In this document: positions 33,276 through 42,046 of the stretch, piece after piece
Numbering within the stretch: the first letter of the stretch is position 1
Layout of the letters: every line of letters starts with the position of its first letter
Assembly (NCBI GenBank): GCA_965230295.1
Contig: OZ246001.1
Span: forward strand, 480,001 to 544,000
Direction: 5' to 3'
From: Marinicella sp.
GTDB lineage: Bacteria; Pseudomonadota; Gammaproteobacteria; Xanthomonadales; Marinicellaceae
DNA length: 64,000 nucleotides
The notes under the pieces: model-generated
What the model saw: the letters and a program-made list of their open reading frames with translations, nothing else
Databases searched by the model: none
What the model was told of the DNA's origin: nothing
Translations under genes and position numbers: made by a program

Positions 33276-35435
33276 ATGACTCAAAAAAATAAGCCCATAA
33301 GCCCAACGTCTGACATCCCACTGAAGATCACCAAAACCCCCATGGTTATTCATGGCGACTCAGATTCTAAGCGTGCCGAAATTAAATCTCACTTCATCAA
33401 CACCTATGAAACTTATGAATGTTTGTTTGAATGCTTAAAGGATGATGAAGCTTACTACCAACAACCTGAACCGCTGCGTCATCCTTTGATATTTTATCTG
33501 GCACACACTGCAGTGTTTTTCATCAATAAATTAAGGGTGGCCAAAATCATAGAACACAATGTGGATGAAAGCATTGAATCCATGATGGCCATTGGGGTGG
33601 ATGAGATGTCTTGGGATGATTTGAATGAAGCCAATTATGATTGGCCAACAGTTGCCAAGGTTTATGAATACAGGCATAAAGTCAAAGCTTTGGTGCTTGA
33701 TTTGATTGATCAAATGCCTTTAACTTTACCCATCAATTGGGAGGATCCATTTTGGATCATCTTGATGGGTATTGAGCATGAACGGATCCATTTAGAAACC
33801 TCTTCTGTGTTGATCAGACAATTGGAGCTGAAATATGTGACCTGTTCAACTGATTGGCCACCTCACAACAAAGACCATGATGTGGTCAATAACCAACTGC
33901 TGAAAGTGCCTTCAGGCCCTGTTTCCCAAGGTCGCGAGATGCCTTCCGAAACCTATGGCTGGGACAACGAATACGGTCACTACTCTGAAGATGTGGCTGC
34001 GTTCAAAGCCGCTCAATATTTGGTTTCCAATTCCGAATTTTTGGCTTTCGTAGAAGATGGTGGCTACAAAGACCAACAATGGTGGACTGAAGAAGGCTGG
34101 CGATGGAAATGCTATAAAAAGGCAGAACACCCCACTTTTTGGCGTCAGCAGGATAATCAGTGGCTTTACCGCACCATGACTAGAGAAATAAACATGCCCT
34201 GGAGTTGGCCGGCCGATGTCAACTACTTGGAAGCCAAAGCTTTTTGTAATTGGCTGGCTGCCAGAACAGGCGAGCCCATCAGGCTGCCTACTGAAGCCGA
34301 GTGGCATCGACTGTATGAACACACCATGGGTGATCAACCTCGCTACCCCTTGTGGCAAGACACACCAGGCAACATAGAATTGTCTTATGCGGCTTCTTCT
34401 GTGCCAGTGGATCTATTCCTGTTCGGTGAACAACAGTTTGGTGATGTCATTGGTAATGTGTGGCAATGGACTGAAACCGCCATTGATGGTTTTGACGGTT
34501 TCAAAGTTCATCCGGCTTATGATGATTTTTCTGTGCCCACTTTTGATGGACAACACAATTTAATCAAAGGTGGCAGCTGGATCAGTACCGGCAATGAAGC
34601 ACACTTGGATTCACGGTATGCTTTTCGCCGACATTTTTTTCAACACGCAGGATTTAGATACGTAGAATCGGAGATAACAGTGGATCAAACATTCAATACA
34701 TACGAAACAGACGAACTCATTTCACAATACCTCGAGTTTCACTATGGTGGCGAGTATTTCGGGGTGCCCAATTTTCCCAAAGCTTGTATCGATGCCTTGA
34801 TTCCACATGTTGATTTAAGTCATAACAGCCGGGCATTGGATTTAGGTTGTGCTGTGGGCCGCAGTTCTTTTGAATTGGCCCGGTATTATGAGCATGTCGA
34901 TGCGCTTGATTTCTCAACCCGTTTCATCCGCAATGCGATCAATTTAGTGGATCATGGCGAAGTTAAATACATGATTCCCACTGAAGGTGAACTGACAGAA
35001 TTGAAGTCATTCAGCCTGGCGGATTTGGCTTTGGGCGAACAAGTCAAAAACATTGAATTTTCTCAAGGCGATGCCTGTAATTTAAAAGCTAAATACAGTG
35101 ATTATGATTTGATTTTTGCCGGCAACTTGATCGACCGTTTGTATCAACCCAAGCAATTTTTAACCAGCATCAAAGATCGCATCAAAACTGGCGGGTATTT
35201 GGTACTGACCTCACCCTACACATGGTTGGAAGAATTCACCGAAAAACAAAACTGGTTGGGTGGCATCAAAGTCAATGGCGAAAACGTCACCACCCTGGAT
35301 GCCTTAAAGACCATTTTAGGTCAAGATTTCGAACTGGTGTCCTTGCCTCAAGATGTGCCATTTGTGATCAGGGAAACAGCCAGGAAACACCAACATACAG
35401 TGGCCCAATTAAGCATTTGGAGAAAACGCAGTTAA
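33276..35435 (+). CDS. ovoA: 5-histidylcysteine sulfoxide synthase/methyltransferase (ovothiol)
   Basis: LRHPLIFYLAHTA, GVDEMSWDD, GIEHERIHLETS iron motif, FGE-like domain, FRRHFFQHAGFRY, C-terminal LDLGCAVGR methyltransferase. Confidence 0.95.
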   Translation: MTQKNKPISPTSDIPLKITKTPMVIHGDSDSKRAEIKSHFINTYETYECLFECLKDDEAYYQQPEPLRHPLIFYLAHTAVFFINKLRVAKIIEHNVDESIESMMAIGVDEMSWDDLNEANYDWPTVAKVYEYRHKVKALVLDLIDQMPLTLPINWEDPFWIILMGIEHERIHLETSSVLIRQLELKYVTCSTDWPPHNKDHDVVNNQLLKVPSGPVSQGREMPSETYGWDNEYGHYSEDVAAFKAAQYLVSNSEFLAFVEDGGYKDQQWWTEEGWRWKCYKKAEHPTFWRQQDNQWLYRTMTREINMPWSWPADVNYLEAKAFCNWLAARTGEPIRLPTEAEWHRLYEHTMGDQPRYPLWQDTPGNIELSYAASSVPVDLFLFGEQQFGDVIGNVWQWTETAIDGFDGFKVHPAYDDFSVPTFDGQHNLIKGGSWISTGNEAHLDSRYAFRRHFFQHAGFRYVESEITVDQTFNTYETDELISQYLEFHYGGEYFGVPNFPKACIDALIPHVDLSHNSRALDLGCAVGRSSFELARYYEHVDALDFSTRFIRNAINLVDHGEVKYMIPTEGELTELKSFSLADLALGEQVKNIEFSQGDACNLKAKYSDYDLIFAGNLIDRLYQPKQFLTSIKDRIKTGGYLVLTSPYTWLEEFTEKQNWLGGIKVNGENVTTLDALKTILGQDFELVSLPQDVPFVIRETARKHQHTVAQLSIWRKRS

Positions 35436-36536
35436 ATGAATTTCAAGCCATTCAAAATGGCGCAATTCAGTGCCCAGTGGACTCCAGGTAGCCTCCACAA
35501 CTTGCACAGCAGCAATCCCCAGCCCTGGACATGGGATGAACTGAGTGAGGTCGTCGAGACTGATCTAAACAGCCTACTTATCAAAACGCCCTTTGCCTAT
35601 GAACCGGTAGAGGGCAATCAAACCGTACGCGAACTGATCAGTCACCACTACCATTCAGGTTTGTGTGCTGCTGACATCACCCTGACTTCCGGGGCTCAAG
35701 AAGGGATTTTTCTGGTCATGCAGGCCTTGATCAATCCAGATGATCATGTGATCACTTTCAGCCCCTGTTTTGAACCACTGACTCAAGTAGCCATTGATGC
35801 AGGGGCGGAAGTGTCCATGCTGCCTTTGAATGAATCCAACGGCTGGTCAATCAACTGGGACAGGCTAAAAAGTAGCTTCAAGGATTCAACAAAGCTGGTG
35901 GTTATCAACTTCCCTCACAACCCGACAGGTGCTCACATCAGTCAAGCCGAACTGCTGAAACTGACCGCGCTTTGCGAACAGCACAATTGCTGGCTGTTTT
36001 CAGATGAAGTGTTCCGTGGTTTAGAACACCAATCCGCAGATCGCATCAGCAGTGCTGCTGACCTTTATGACAAGGCTGTATCGATGGGAGTGGTTTCTAA
36101 AGCATTGGCCTTGCCCGGTGTCAGACTCGGTTGGTTGTCATGTCAGGATGATGGCTTGCACCAACGGATTAAGACCATCAAGTCACATTTATCCATATGT
36201 CAAAGCAGTTTAGATGCACAATTGTGTCAAGCCATCATTCCTCACAGTGAAAAAATCTGGCAAAGGAGTATCGACATCATCAACGGCAATAAATCTTATC
36301 TGGCGGCTCTATTGGCAAACAATCAGGCATTCAAATGGCATCTACCAAAGGCTTCGGCCACCGCATTCATAGAGTGTCTAGATTCTGAGGCCACAGCATT
36401 ATGCCAAAATTGGGCAGAACAGCACCGCATGTTGTTGTTACCCAATGAAGTGTTCCTAACTGATGTCTCTGGTTTCAGAATGACGCTGGGATCTCAGAAC
36501 AATCGACCCATGTACGATCACATTTTTAAGATTTAG
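35436..36536 (+). CDS. PLP-dependent class I/II aminotransferase-fold enzyme; candidate ovothiol C-S lyase (OvoB role)
   Basis: NFPHNPTG, SDEVF, SKALALPGVRLGW (PLP lysine); ATG directly abuts the ovoA stop. Confidence 0.8.
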   Translation: MNFKPFKMAQFSAQWTPGSLHNLHSSNPQPWTWDELSEVVETDLNSLLIKTPFAYEPVEGNQTVRELISHHYHSGLCAADITLTSGAQEGIFLVMQALINPDDHVITFSPCFEPLTQVAIDAGAEVSMLPLNESNGWSINWDRLKSSFKDSTKLVVINFPHNPTGAHISQAELLKLTALCEQHNCWLFSDEVFRGLEHQSADRISSAADLYDKAVSMGVVSKALALPGVRLGWLSCQDDGLHQRIKTIKSHLSICQSSLDAQLCQAIIPHSEKIWQRSIDIINGNKSYLAALLANNQAFKWHLPKASATAFIECLDSEATALCQNWAEQHRMLLLPNEVFLTDVSGFRMTLGSQNNRPMYDHIFKI

Positions 36537-38328
36537 CAGCTGTCACTTCATGCATGATTTCGTCATAAGCAACCACTTCATTGCGACCTTTATTTTTGGC
36601 CTCAAACAAGGCCAAATCAGCATGGGTTAACAGCATAGAAATGCGGTGACCTGACAACAAGGTGTTGGTCACTCCAAAACTGGCCGTGATGTCAAAAGCG
36701 GCACCTGATTCACTGCAGTCCATCTGCTCAATGGCATGCCTCATTTTTTCCATCAAGCGCATCATTTCAAGGTGTGAAATACCTGGTGAAACGATGCTGA
36801 ACTCTTCACCACCTAGACGAGCAACGAGAATGTCTTGATCCGCCACTTCTTCACAAGTCAAAATCACTTGTTTCAACACCCAGTCACCCACCAGATGCCC
36901 AAATTGATCATTGACATTTTTAAAATGATCCAAATCCATGATCGCCAAATTGACCGGCTGGTTTTTGGCTTTATGGGTTTCTAACATGTCCTTGATCTTT
37001 TCTTCAAAAGCTTTGCGGGTGAACACCTGGGTCAAGTGGTCTATTTCTGCCACTTCTTTGAAATAATCATGCCGTTTTTTGATTTTATAGGTCCACACGC
37101 CCAACAACAGCAACAAACTGGCAATCAACAACATCATCAGCTGTTGTTTCTTGGTGGTTTCGGCTGACAACTTATTTTCCAATTCCAACAACTTGTTGTT
37201 TTGATTCAATTGATCAATTTGAAGTTCCTGCGCCAAATTAGCATGTTTAACCCTGTAATAGGCCACTTGAGTTGCCAACTTGCGTTCATAGATGGATTTT
37301 TCAATGCTGTTTTTTTGGGCCAAATAATGGTAAGCGGGTTGCATAGAATTACCTTCCAGGCTCAGTTGAATCAAAACATTCAACGCCAAAACCAATTGTT
37401 CAGATTCACCGATACTGGCATTCTCCTCGACTGCCAACACACCAAAAGCCTGGGCTTTTTCATTCAGATCAGCCATCCAATAGATGTGAGCCAGCAAGGC
37501 GTGGTAGTAAACCCTGATGTTCTTAAAGTTGGTTTTCTCAACATCATCTGCCAATGATTCCAGAACGGTCACTGCTTTCATGGCTTCTTCTGGATCAGAT
37601 TGTGCTTTATCGGTAAATTGATAGCGGATTTGGTCAAACCTTAAAAATAGCGATGAAATGTAATTATCAACTTGTTCACAGCGGTCAATGGCTGCAGTGA
37701 TTTCATCATTAAATGCTTCGCCTTTACCCTGACGCATTAAAATCCGATACTTATTAAAACCTCCCATGCATTTATCGTCCTCAGAATAATCTCCTGTCAA
37801 CAGCAATTCAGAGTACTTCAGTGCTATATCATCTTGATTCATCAACCGGTAAGAAATCGCCGCCACATTATTGGTCAATGATCTGAGGTATTTATCTTCG
37901 GTGTTTTCCGTTATTTGAATGGCTGTATTTAAATTGTTCAGCGCTTTCTCGAAATCGCCAGTAATGACTTGTAAATTGGCTGTGAACTGAAGCACTCGAG
38001 CCAAGTACTCAGGGGATTCACAAATGGTAACAATTTCATTGAGTTTATTGATTGAACTGGCGTAGTCTCCTATGAAACTTTCACGGTAAATGACTAAAAA
38101 TTCATAATGACACCGTTCATCAGGACTCATCACTGATACATGGTTTGCCAGTTCAGCCAAGCCAGCAGAAAAGCCAGTTTGATCGACTTTCCTTATCTTT
38201 TCTAATTCCAGCAACCGATGTTTAAATCCATTATCTTCAGCGTTCATGGTTTCTTGTGACCATGAAGACATGGCTGGACCAAGAATCAAACTCAGGCTAA
38301 GAAGCAGTTTAAGAAATAATTTATCCAT
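36526..38328 (-). CDS. Diguanylate cyclase with periplasmic helical (TPR-like) sensor, paralog 2
   Basis: Signal peptide, helical domain, coiled coil, one TM, IDHLT...DLDHFKNVNDQFGH..GD, RLGGEEF, ADLALFEAK..GRN. Confidence 0.92.
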   Translation of the reverse strand: MDKLFLKLLLSLSLILGPAMSSWSQETMNAEDNGFKHRLLELEKIRKVDQTGFSAGLAELANHVSVMSPDERCHYEFLVIYRESFIGDYASSINKLNEIVTICESPEYLARVLQFTANLQVITGDFEKALNNLNTAIQITENTEDKYLRSLTNNVAAISYRLMNQDDIALKYSELLLTGDYSEDDKCMGGFNKYRILMRQGKGEAFNDEITAAIDRCEQVDNYISSLFLRFDQIRYQFTDKAQSDPEEAMKAVTVLESLADDVEKTNFKNIRVYYHALLAHIYWMADLNEKAQAFGVLAVEENASIGESEQLVLALNVLIQLSLEGNSMQPAYHYLAQKNSIEKSIYERKLATQVAYYRVKHANLAQELQIDQLNQNNKLLELENKLSAETTKKQQLMMLLIASLLLLLGVWTYKIKKRHDYFKEVAEIDHLTQVFTRKAFEEKIKDMLETHKAKNQPVNLAIMDLDHFKNVNDQFGHLVGDWVLKQVILTCEEVADQDILVARLGGEEFSIVSPGISHLEMMRLMEKMRHAIEQMDCSESGAAFDITASFGVTNTLLSGHRISMLLTHADLALFEAKNKGRNEVVAYDEIMHEVTAAKS

Positions 38329-38385
38329 AAAATAAAAGTGCCAATGAATCACCAATGGCACTCGGTAAAAGTATTATTTCAACAA

Positions 38386-38553
38386 TCAATCTTCGTCGTC
38401 ATCATCTCCTGGGTGATGGGCGCATTTAAGTTCATTGTTTGACGACAACAATTGTTTTATCTGTACTTTTGAAAGTTGATGAGAAATTTGATTGTTTTGG
38501 TGAACCGAATCAGTTTGTCCGATAGATTCCAATATTTTCACGAGTTTATTCAT
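38386..38553 (-). CDS. 55-aa putative RiPP (borosin-associated) precursor peptide 2; not in ORF track
   Basis: Hand translation MNKLVKILESIGQTDSVHQNNQISHQLSKVQIKQLLSSNNELKCAHHPGDDDDED; RBS AAGAGG 4 nt before ATG; paralog of 41023-41202. Confidence 0.85.
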   Translation of the reverse strand: MNKLVKILESIGQTDSVHQNNQISHQLSKVQIKQLLSSNNELKCAHHPGDDDDED

Positions 38554-38583
38554 AACACCTCTTTTTATAAGTTATTAAGGAAA

Positions 38584-38610
38584 TGTTGTCATCCCCTTTA
38601 AATGACAACA
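38584..38610 (-). promoter_or_regulatory. Hairpin upstream of peptide 2 (possible CsrA/RsmA or operator site)
   Basis: Minus strand TGTTGTCAT-TTAAAGGGG-ATGACAACA: perfect 9-bp stem with AGGGGA. Confidence 0.45.
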
Positions 38611-38630
38611 AAGCTATTCTAACATCAATT

Positions 38631-39185
38631 CTAACCAGAATACGACCCCATCCAAGCTGTCTTTTCGATAAACCATTCTTGGGTCTTTTTTTGATGGACG
38701 CCATGTTCAATGATTTTCCCTTTTTGCATTTTTAAGCGCATATTTGCTGTATTTGCAGCCACATTATCAGCCTGACAAAAAGCAATGATGGTTTCTAAGT
38801 TCAACGCTGTAAAACCATGCGCCATCATCAACTGTTTGGCATGGTGGGCCATTCTTTGACGCCGATAGGCTGATGAAATCATCACACCAATGGCTGCGAT
38901 CATTCGGCTTTCAGGCTTAAACCATGTCAAACCAATGATACCCATATTGACATCATCAATATGGCGCTTAATCACATAAGTGAGGTGATGAGGCTGATCA
39001 TCAGACATCTCTTCAATGGTCTTCTTCAGCTGTTTTTCACATTGGCTGCAGGTCAAAGGTTCACCAATAAACTGCATGACTTCTTGGTTACCATAAATTT
39101 GAACAAAAAAGTCTAAATCGCCTTGGTCTACGGGCTTCAGAAAAATGGGATACTTATTGCTGGTGATGTTGGGTCGAACAATCAA
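38631..39185 (-). CDS. RimJ/RimL-type GNAT acyltransferase 2
   Basis: LKPV...DLDFFVQIY.N.EVMQFIG, IGVMI...YRRQRMA, DNVAA; start uncertain (TTG near 39185, just after the cyclase stop). Confidence 0.8.
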   Translation of the reverse strand: MIVRPNITSNKYPIFLKPVDQGDLDFFVQIYGNQEVMQFIGEPLTCSQCEKQLKKTIEEMSDDQPHHLTYVIKRHIDDVNMGIIGLTWFKPESRMIAAIGVMISSAYRRQRMAHHAKQLMMAHGFTALNLETIIAFCQADNVAANTANMRLKMQKGKIIEHGVHQKKTQEWFIEKTAWMGSYSG

Positions 39186-39192
39186 AGGTTTC

Positions 39193-41007
39193 TCAATCTT
39201 TGTTAACCCTTTGAATGGTCTTGAACTTAATGACTTGATTACGACCTTGTTTCTTGGCTTCAAACAATGCCACATCAGCGTGGGTTAACAACAAAGGCAA
39301 AGAATAACCAGATGTGATGGATGAGGTGTATCCAAAACTGGCTGTGACTGAAAGTTCAGCGCCAGATTCATCACAATCCAGCGTTTCTACAGCAGAACGC
39401 ATCTGCTCCAATTTGGCTTCCATGACATCACATTCTACTTTTGGAAACACGATACAAAATTCTTCGCCACCCAAGCGCGCCAATATCATGTCTTCTTCTA
39501 CAAATTCCTTGATGGCATAGACCACATTTTTCAGCACCCAATCACCAATCAAATGTCCATGGGTGTCATTAACTTTCTTAAAGTGGTCCAAATCCATGAT
39601 GGCCATCTGAATGGGCAGTTTATGATCCTGACAGTAATTCAATTGCACTTTGACCTGTTCTTCAAAAGCTTTCCTGGTCAACACTTTGGTTAAATGATCT
39701 ATTTCTGAAACACCTTTGAAATAATCATGTTTCTTCTTGATTCGCACCAACCACAATGCCATGAAACCCAACAAGGTCAAAATCAACAAAATGACCAGGC
39801 GTTGGTTGTTGGTTTCTTGCTTAGCCAGTTTTTTCTCCAGCTCCAGAACTTCCTTCTGTCGATTCAACTGTTCAATTTCAAACACCTTGGCCAAATTCGA
39901 ATGCTTGACGGTCATGAAAGCCATTTGTTTGGCTTGTGACTGGTCATACATTTTAAGTTCCGCTTCGTTTTTTCGGTTCAAATAATCGTATGACTTAACA
40001 AAGTCACCGCGAGATTTAGAAATGTTTTCTAACACTTCCAGTGCCATGATTAACTGTTCTGTATAACCCAGGTTTTCATTTAAGCTGATGGTTTTTTCTC
40101 CATGTACCATCGCTTCTTCATAATCACCAACCAAGTAGGCAATTTTGGCTTCAATGGCTTTGAAATTTACTTTGATGTTTTTATAGGGTGTGGCATCAAT
40201 TTCTGCCTTCATTGACTCTACCAAATCAGCTATATAGGCCATTTCACCTGCTGCCATTCCACCTGAGGAAAGGGTTCTTTTTATATTGTCTAAAACAATC
40301 GATTGGGCATACAAAGCGTTTCCACTTTCCTTGCAATTCTTTGCAATTTCTAAGATTGTTTCTAAATCTGGGGCATCTTGGTCACCATCCAGATGATACA
40401 TATTTTTACTGTATTGAACCCGGCACAGGTTTTCATCATTGGGCTCAAGGTTGTAATGAAGTTCACTGTATTTAACACTGAGTTCTTTTTGATCTAATAA
40501 GTTATAAACCACAGACGCTCCAGAATATGCGATTAATTTAGATTTTTTATCAACCGTTTGTTCTGCGTTTTGAATGGCGTTATCGACATGGTACGAGGCT
40601 TTTTTATAGTCTCCACTGATGGCACTGATGTTGGAAATCAAGGCGTCAATTCGAATCCTTGCCCGTAAATCATCACATAGAGGAATGATTTTTTCGAGGT
40701 CTGATACTGCCTGTAAAGATTCACCGGCAAATGCCGTTTGGTAGGCCCGAAGGAACTGGTAATGGCAAACTTGGTAAGCCGACATTTGCGATAATTTGTT
40801 TTCCAGCAAATCCAAGCCAGCAATGAATTCGTTGTGGTTACTCAATCTGATGTTTTCTAAGCGCAGAATTTCTTCAGTTAAATGAGGTGGTTCTCCTGTA
40901 GAGTCTGGGTCAGCTTGTGCCAAAGTAATTTGAGGGCACAACAAAACAAAGGACATGAATAGTAACCATGTCCTTATTGTTTTATTTGAGTTTATATTTA
41001 ACAACAA
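39193..41007 (-). CDS. Diguanylate cyclase with periplasmic helical (TPR-like) sensor, paralog 1
   Basis: Signal peptide, helical domain, one TM, DLDHFKKVNDTHGH..GD, RLGGEEF, ADVALFEAKKQGRN. Confidence 0.92.
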   Translation of the reverse strand: MLLNINSNKTIRTWLLFMSFVLLCPQITLAQADPDSTGEPPHLTEEILRLENIRLSNHNEFIAGLDLLENKLSQMSAYQVCHYQFLRAYQTAFAGESLQAVSDLEKIIPLCDDLRARIRIDALISNISAISGDYKKASYHVDNAIQNAEQTVDKKSKLIAYSGASVVYNLLDQKELSVKYSELHYNLEPNDENLCRVQYSKNMYHLDGDQDAPDLETILEIAKNCKESGNALYAQSIVLDNIKRTLSSGGMAAGEMAYIADLVESMKAEIDATPYKNIKVNFKAIEAKIAYLVGDYEEAMVHGEKTISLNENLGYTEQLIMALEVLENISKSRGDFVKSYDYLNRKNEAELKMYDQSQAKQMAFMTVKHSNLAKVFEIEQLNRQKEVLELEKKLAKQETNNQRLVILLILTLLGFMALWLVRIKKKHDYFKGVSEIDHLTKVLTRKAFEEQVKVQLNYCQDHKLPIQMAIMDLDHFKKVNDTHGHLIGDWVLKNVVYAIKEFVEEDMILARLGGEEFCIVFPKVECDVMEAKLEQMRSAVETLDCDESGAELSVTASFGYTSSITSGYSLPLLLTHADVALFEAKKQGRNQVIKFKTIQRVNKD

Positions 41008-41022
41008 TAGACTGCTATCAGA

Positions 41023-41202
41023 TCACTCTTCGTCATCGTCATCTGGTAACAACAAGCAAATCAGATCATTGTTTTGCAATTTAATCTTGTTGAACGCTCG
41101 TTCCTGAATATTCATGCCTTGAATCATTTGTTTTACAGAATCATTTTGATGAATGGATTGGGTTTGTCCAATTTGTTCCAGCAGTTTTACATTGAATTTC
41201 AT
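41023..41202 (-). CDS. 59-aa putative RiPP (borosin-associated) precursor peptide 1
   Basis: MKFNVKLLEQIGQTQSIHQND...NNDLICLLLPDDDDEE; RBS AAGAGGA before ATG at 41202; directly downstream of the borosin methyltransferase. Confidence 0.85.
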   Translation of the reverse strand: MKFNVKLLEQIGQTQSIHQNDSVKQMIQGMNIQERAFNKIKLQNNDLICLLLPDDDDEE

Positions 41203-41238
41203 TGATAGTCCTCTTTTTAAGTTTTTTAAAGATTGCTC

Positions 41239-41256
41239 TTGTCCCCTATAGGACAA
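41239..41256 (-). promoter_or_regulatory. Hairpin upstream of peptide 1
   Basis: Minus strand TTGTCC-TATAGG-GGACAA; contains AGGGGA; mirrors 38584-38610. Confidence 0.4.
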
Positions 41257-41266
41257 AAAAATCATA

Positions 41267-42046
41267 TCATGAATGCTTAATTCGCAACAACCTATTTATT
41301 TTATCAATGTCTTTTTGCTTTTCTTGTCCTGGTGGGATCACTAAAGTGCTTTTTAATGTAACCTCTGCACAAGCTAAGTCCTTGAGCGCCAATGATTTTA
41401 TCAATGGCTTTTCTATGGGCAAGACAGCACATTCATAAATGATCACTTGGTGGTCATCAGGGTAAGTCTCCAACAACATATCAACCAACAGTTGTTTGGC
41501 TTCTTCACTGGTCTCAAATACTTTCAAAGATCTGTCACCAGCCAAAGCTATCTGCCACAAAACCAAATAAGCTGTGGGATCAAAAACGGTTTGATTGAAC
41601 ATGAAATTATTGGCTTCAAAATGCGCAATACCATAGGTTCCAGGATCTATTCCCAAATCTGCATACAAACAATCTTCGGCTGAAACACCCGGTTCCATGT
41701 GGGCTTTGAAACCTTCTTTTCTGGCCATTTCAATGGTTTGGTGTGGAGTCAAAGCAAACACCCCTGGGTGGCCATAAAAAGCACCACAAACTTTTTTCCC
41801 GGCCCTCACTTCCTTCATGATGGTCTCGTTCATTTCCTGGTATGTTTGTTTGCGCGATTTTCCTTCAGCATACAATGACTGTAAACTGATGACATTCTCA
41901 TTCATGGTACCCACCCATTCTTCCACCAATAGGTTAGATGCCGCTACAAAAACCACATCAGCCTGTTCAATAAAATTCCTCGATAAAGGGGTGATGTGAG
42001 CGCCCAAAGTCATGCCTAAGCCCACGTTGACTAAACTGCCTTTCAT
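41267..42046 (-). CDS. Split-borosin peptide alpha-N-methyltransferase (SonM/OphA-like, tetrapyrrole-methylase fold)
   Basis: GSLVNVGLG, LQSLYAEGKSRKQTYQEM, AFYGHPGVF, EPGVSAEDCLYADLGIDPG, LVLWQI, YPDDHQVIIYE, STLVIPP; 259 aa with no fused core. Confidence 0.92.
   Translation of the reverse strand: MKGSLVNVGLGMTLGAHITPLSRNFIEQADVVFVAASNLLVEEWVGTMNENVISLQSLYAEGKSRKQTYQEMNETIMKEVRAGKKVCGAFYGHPGVFALTPHQTIEMARKEGFKAHMEPGVSAEDCLYADLGIDPGTYGIAHFEANNFMFNQTVFDPTAYLVLWQIALAGDRSLKVFETSEEAKQLLVDMLLETYPDDHQVIIYECAVLPIEKPLIKSLALKDLACAEVTLKSTLVIPPGQEKQKDIDKINRLLRIKHS

Noticed and set aside
41203-41265. Longer 80-aa version of peptide 1
   Set aside because: The strong RBS and alignment with peptide 2 place the start at 41202.
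41267-42046. Tetrapyrrole/cobalamin methylase or MazG-associated methylase
   Set aside because: The YGHPGVF and SAEDCLYADLG.DPG motifs plus the adjacent small peptide fit borosin methyltransferases; no cob/cbi operon here.
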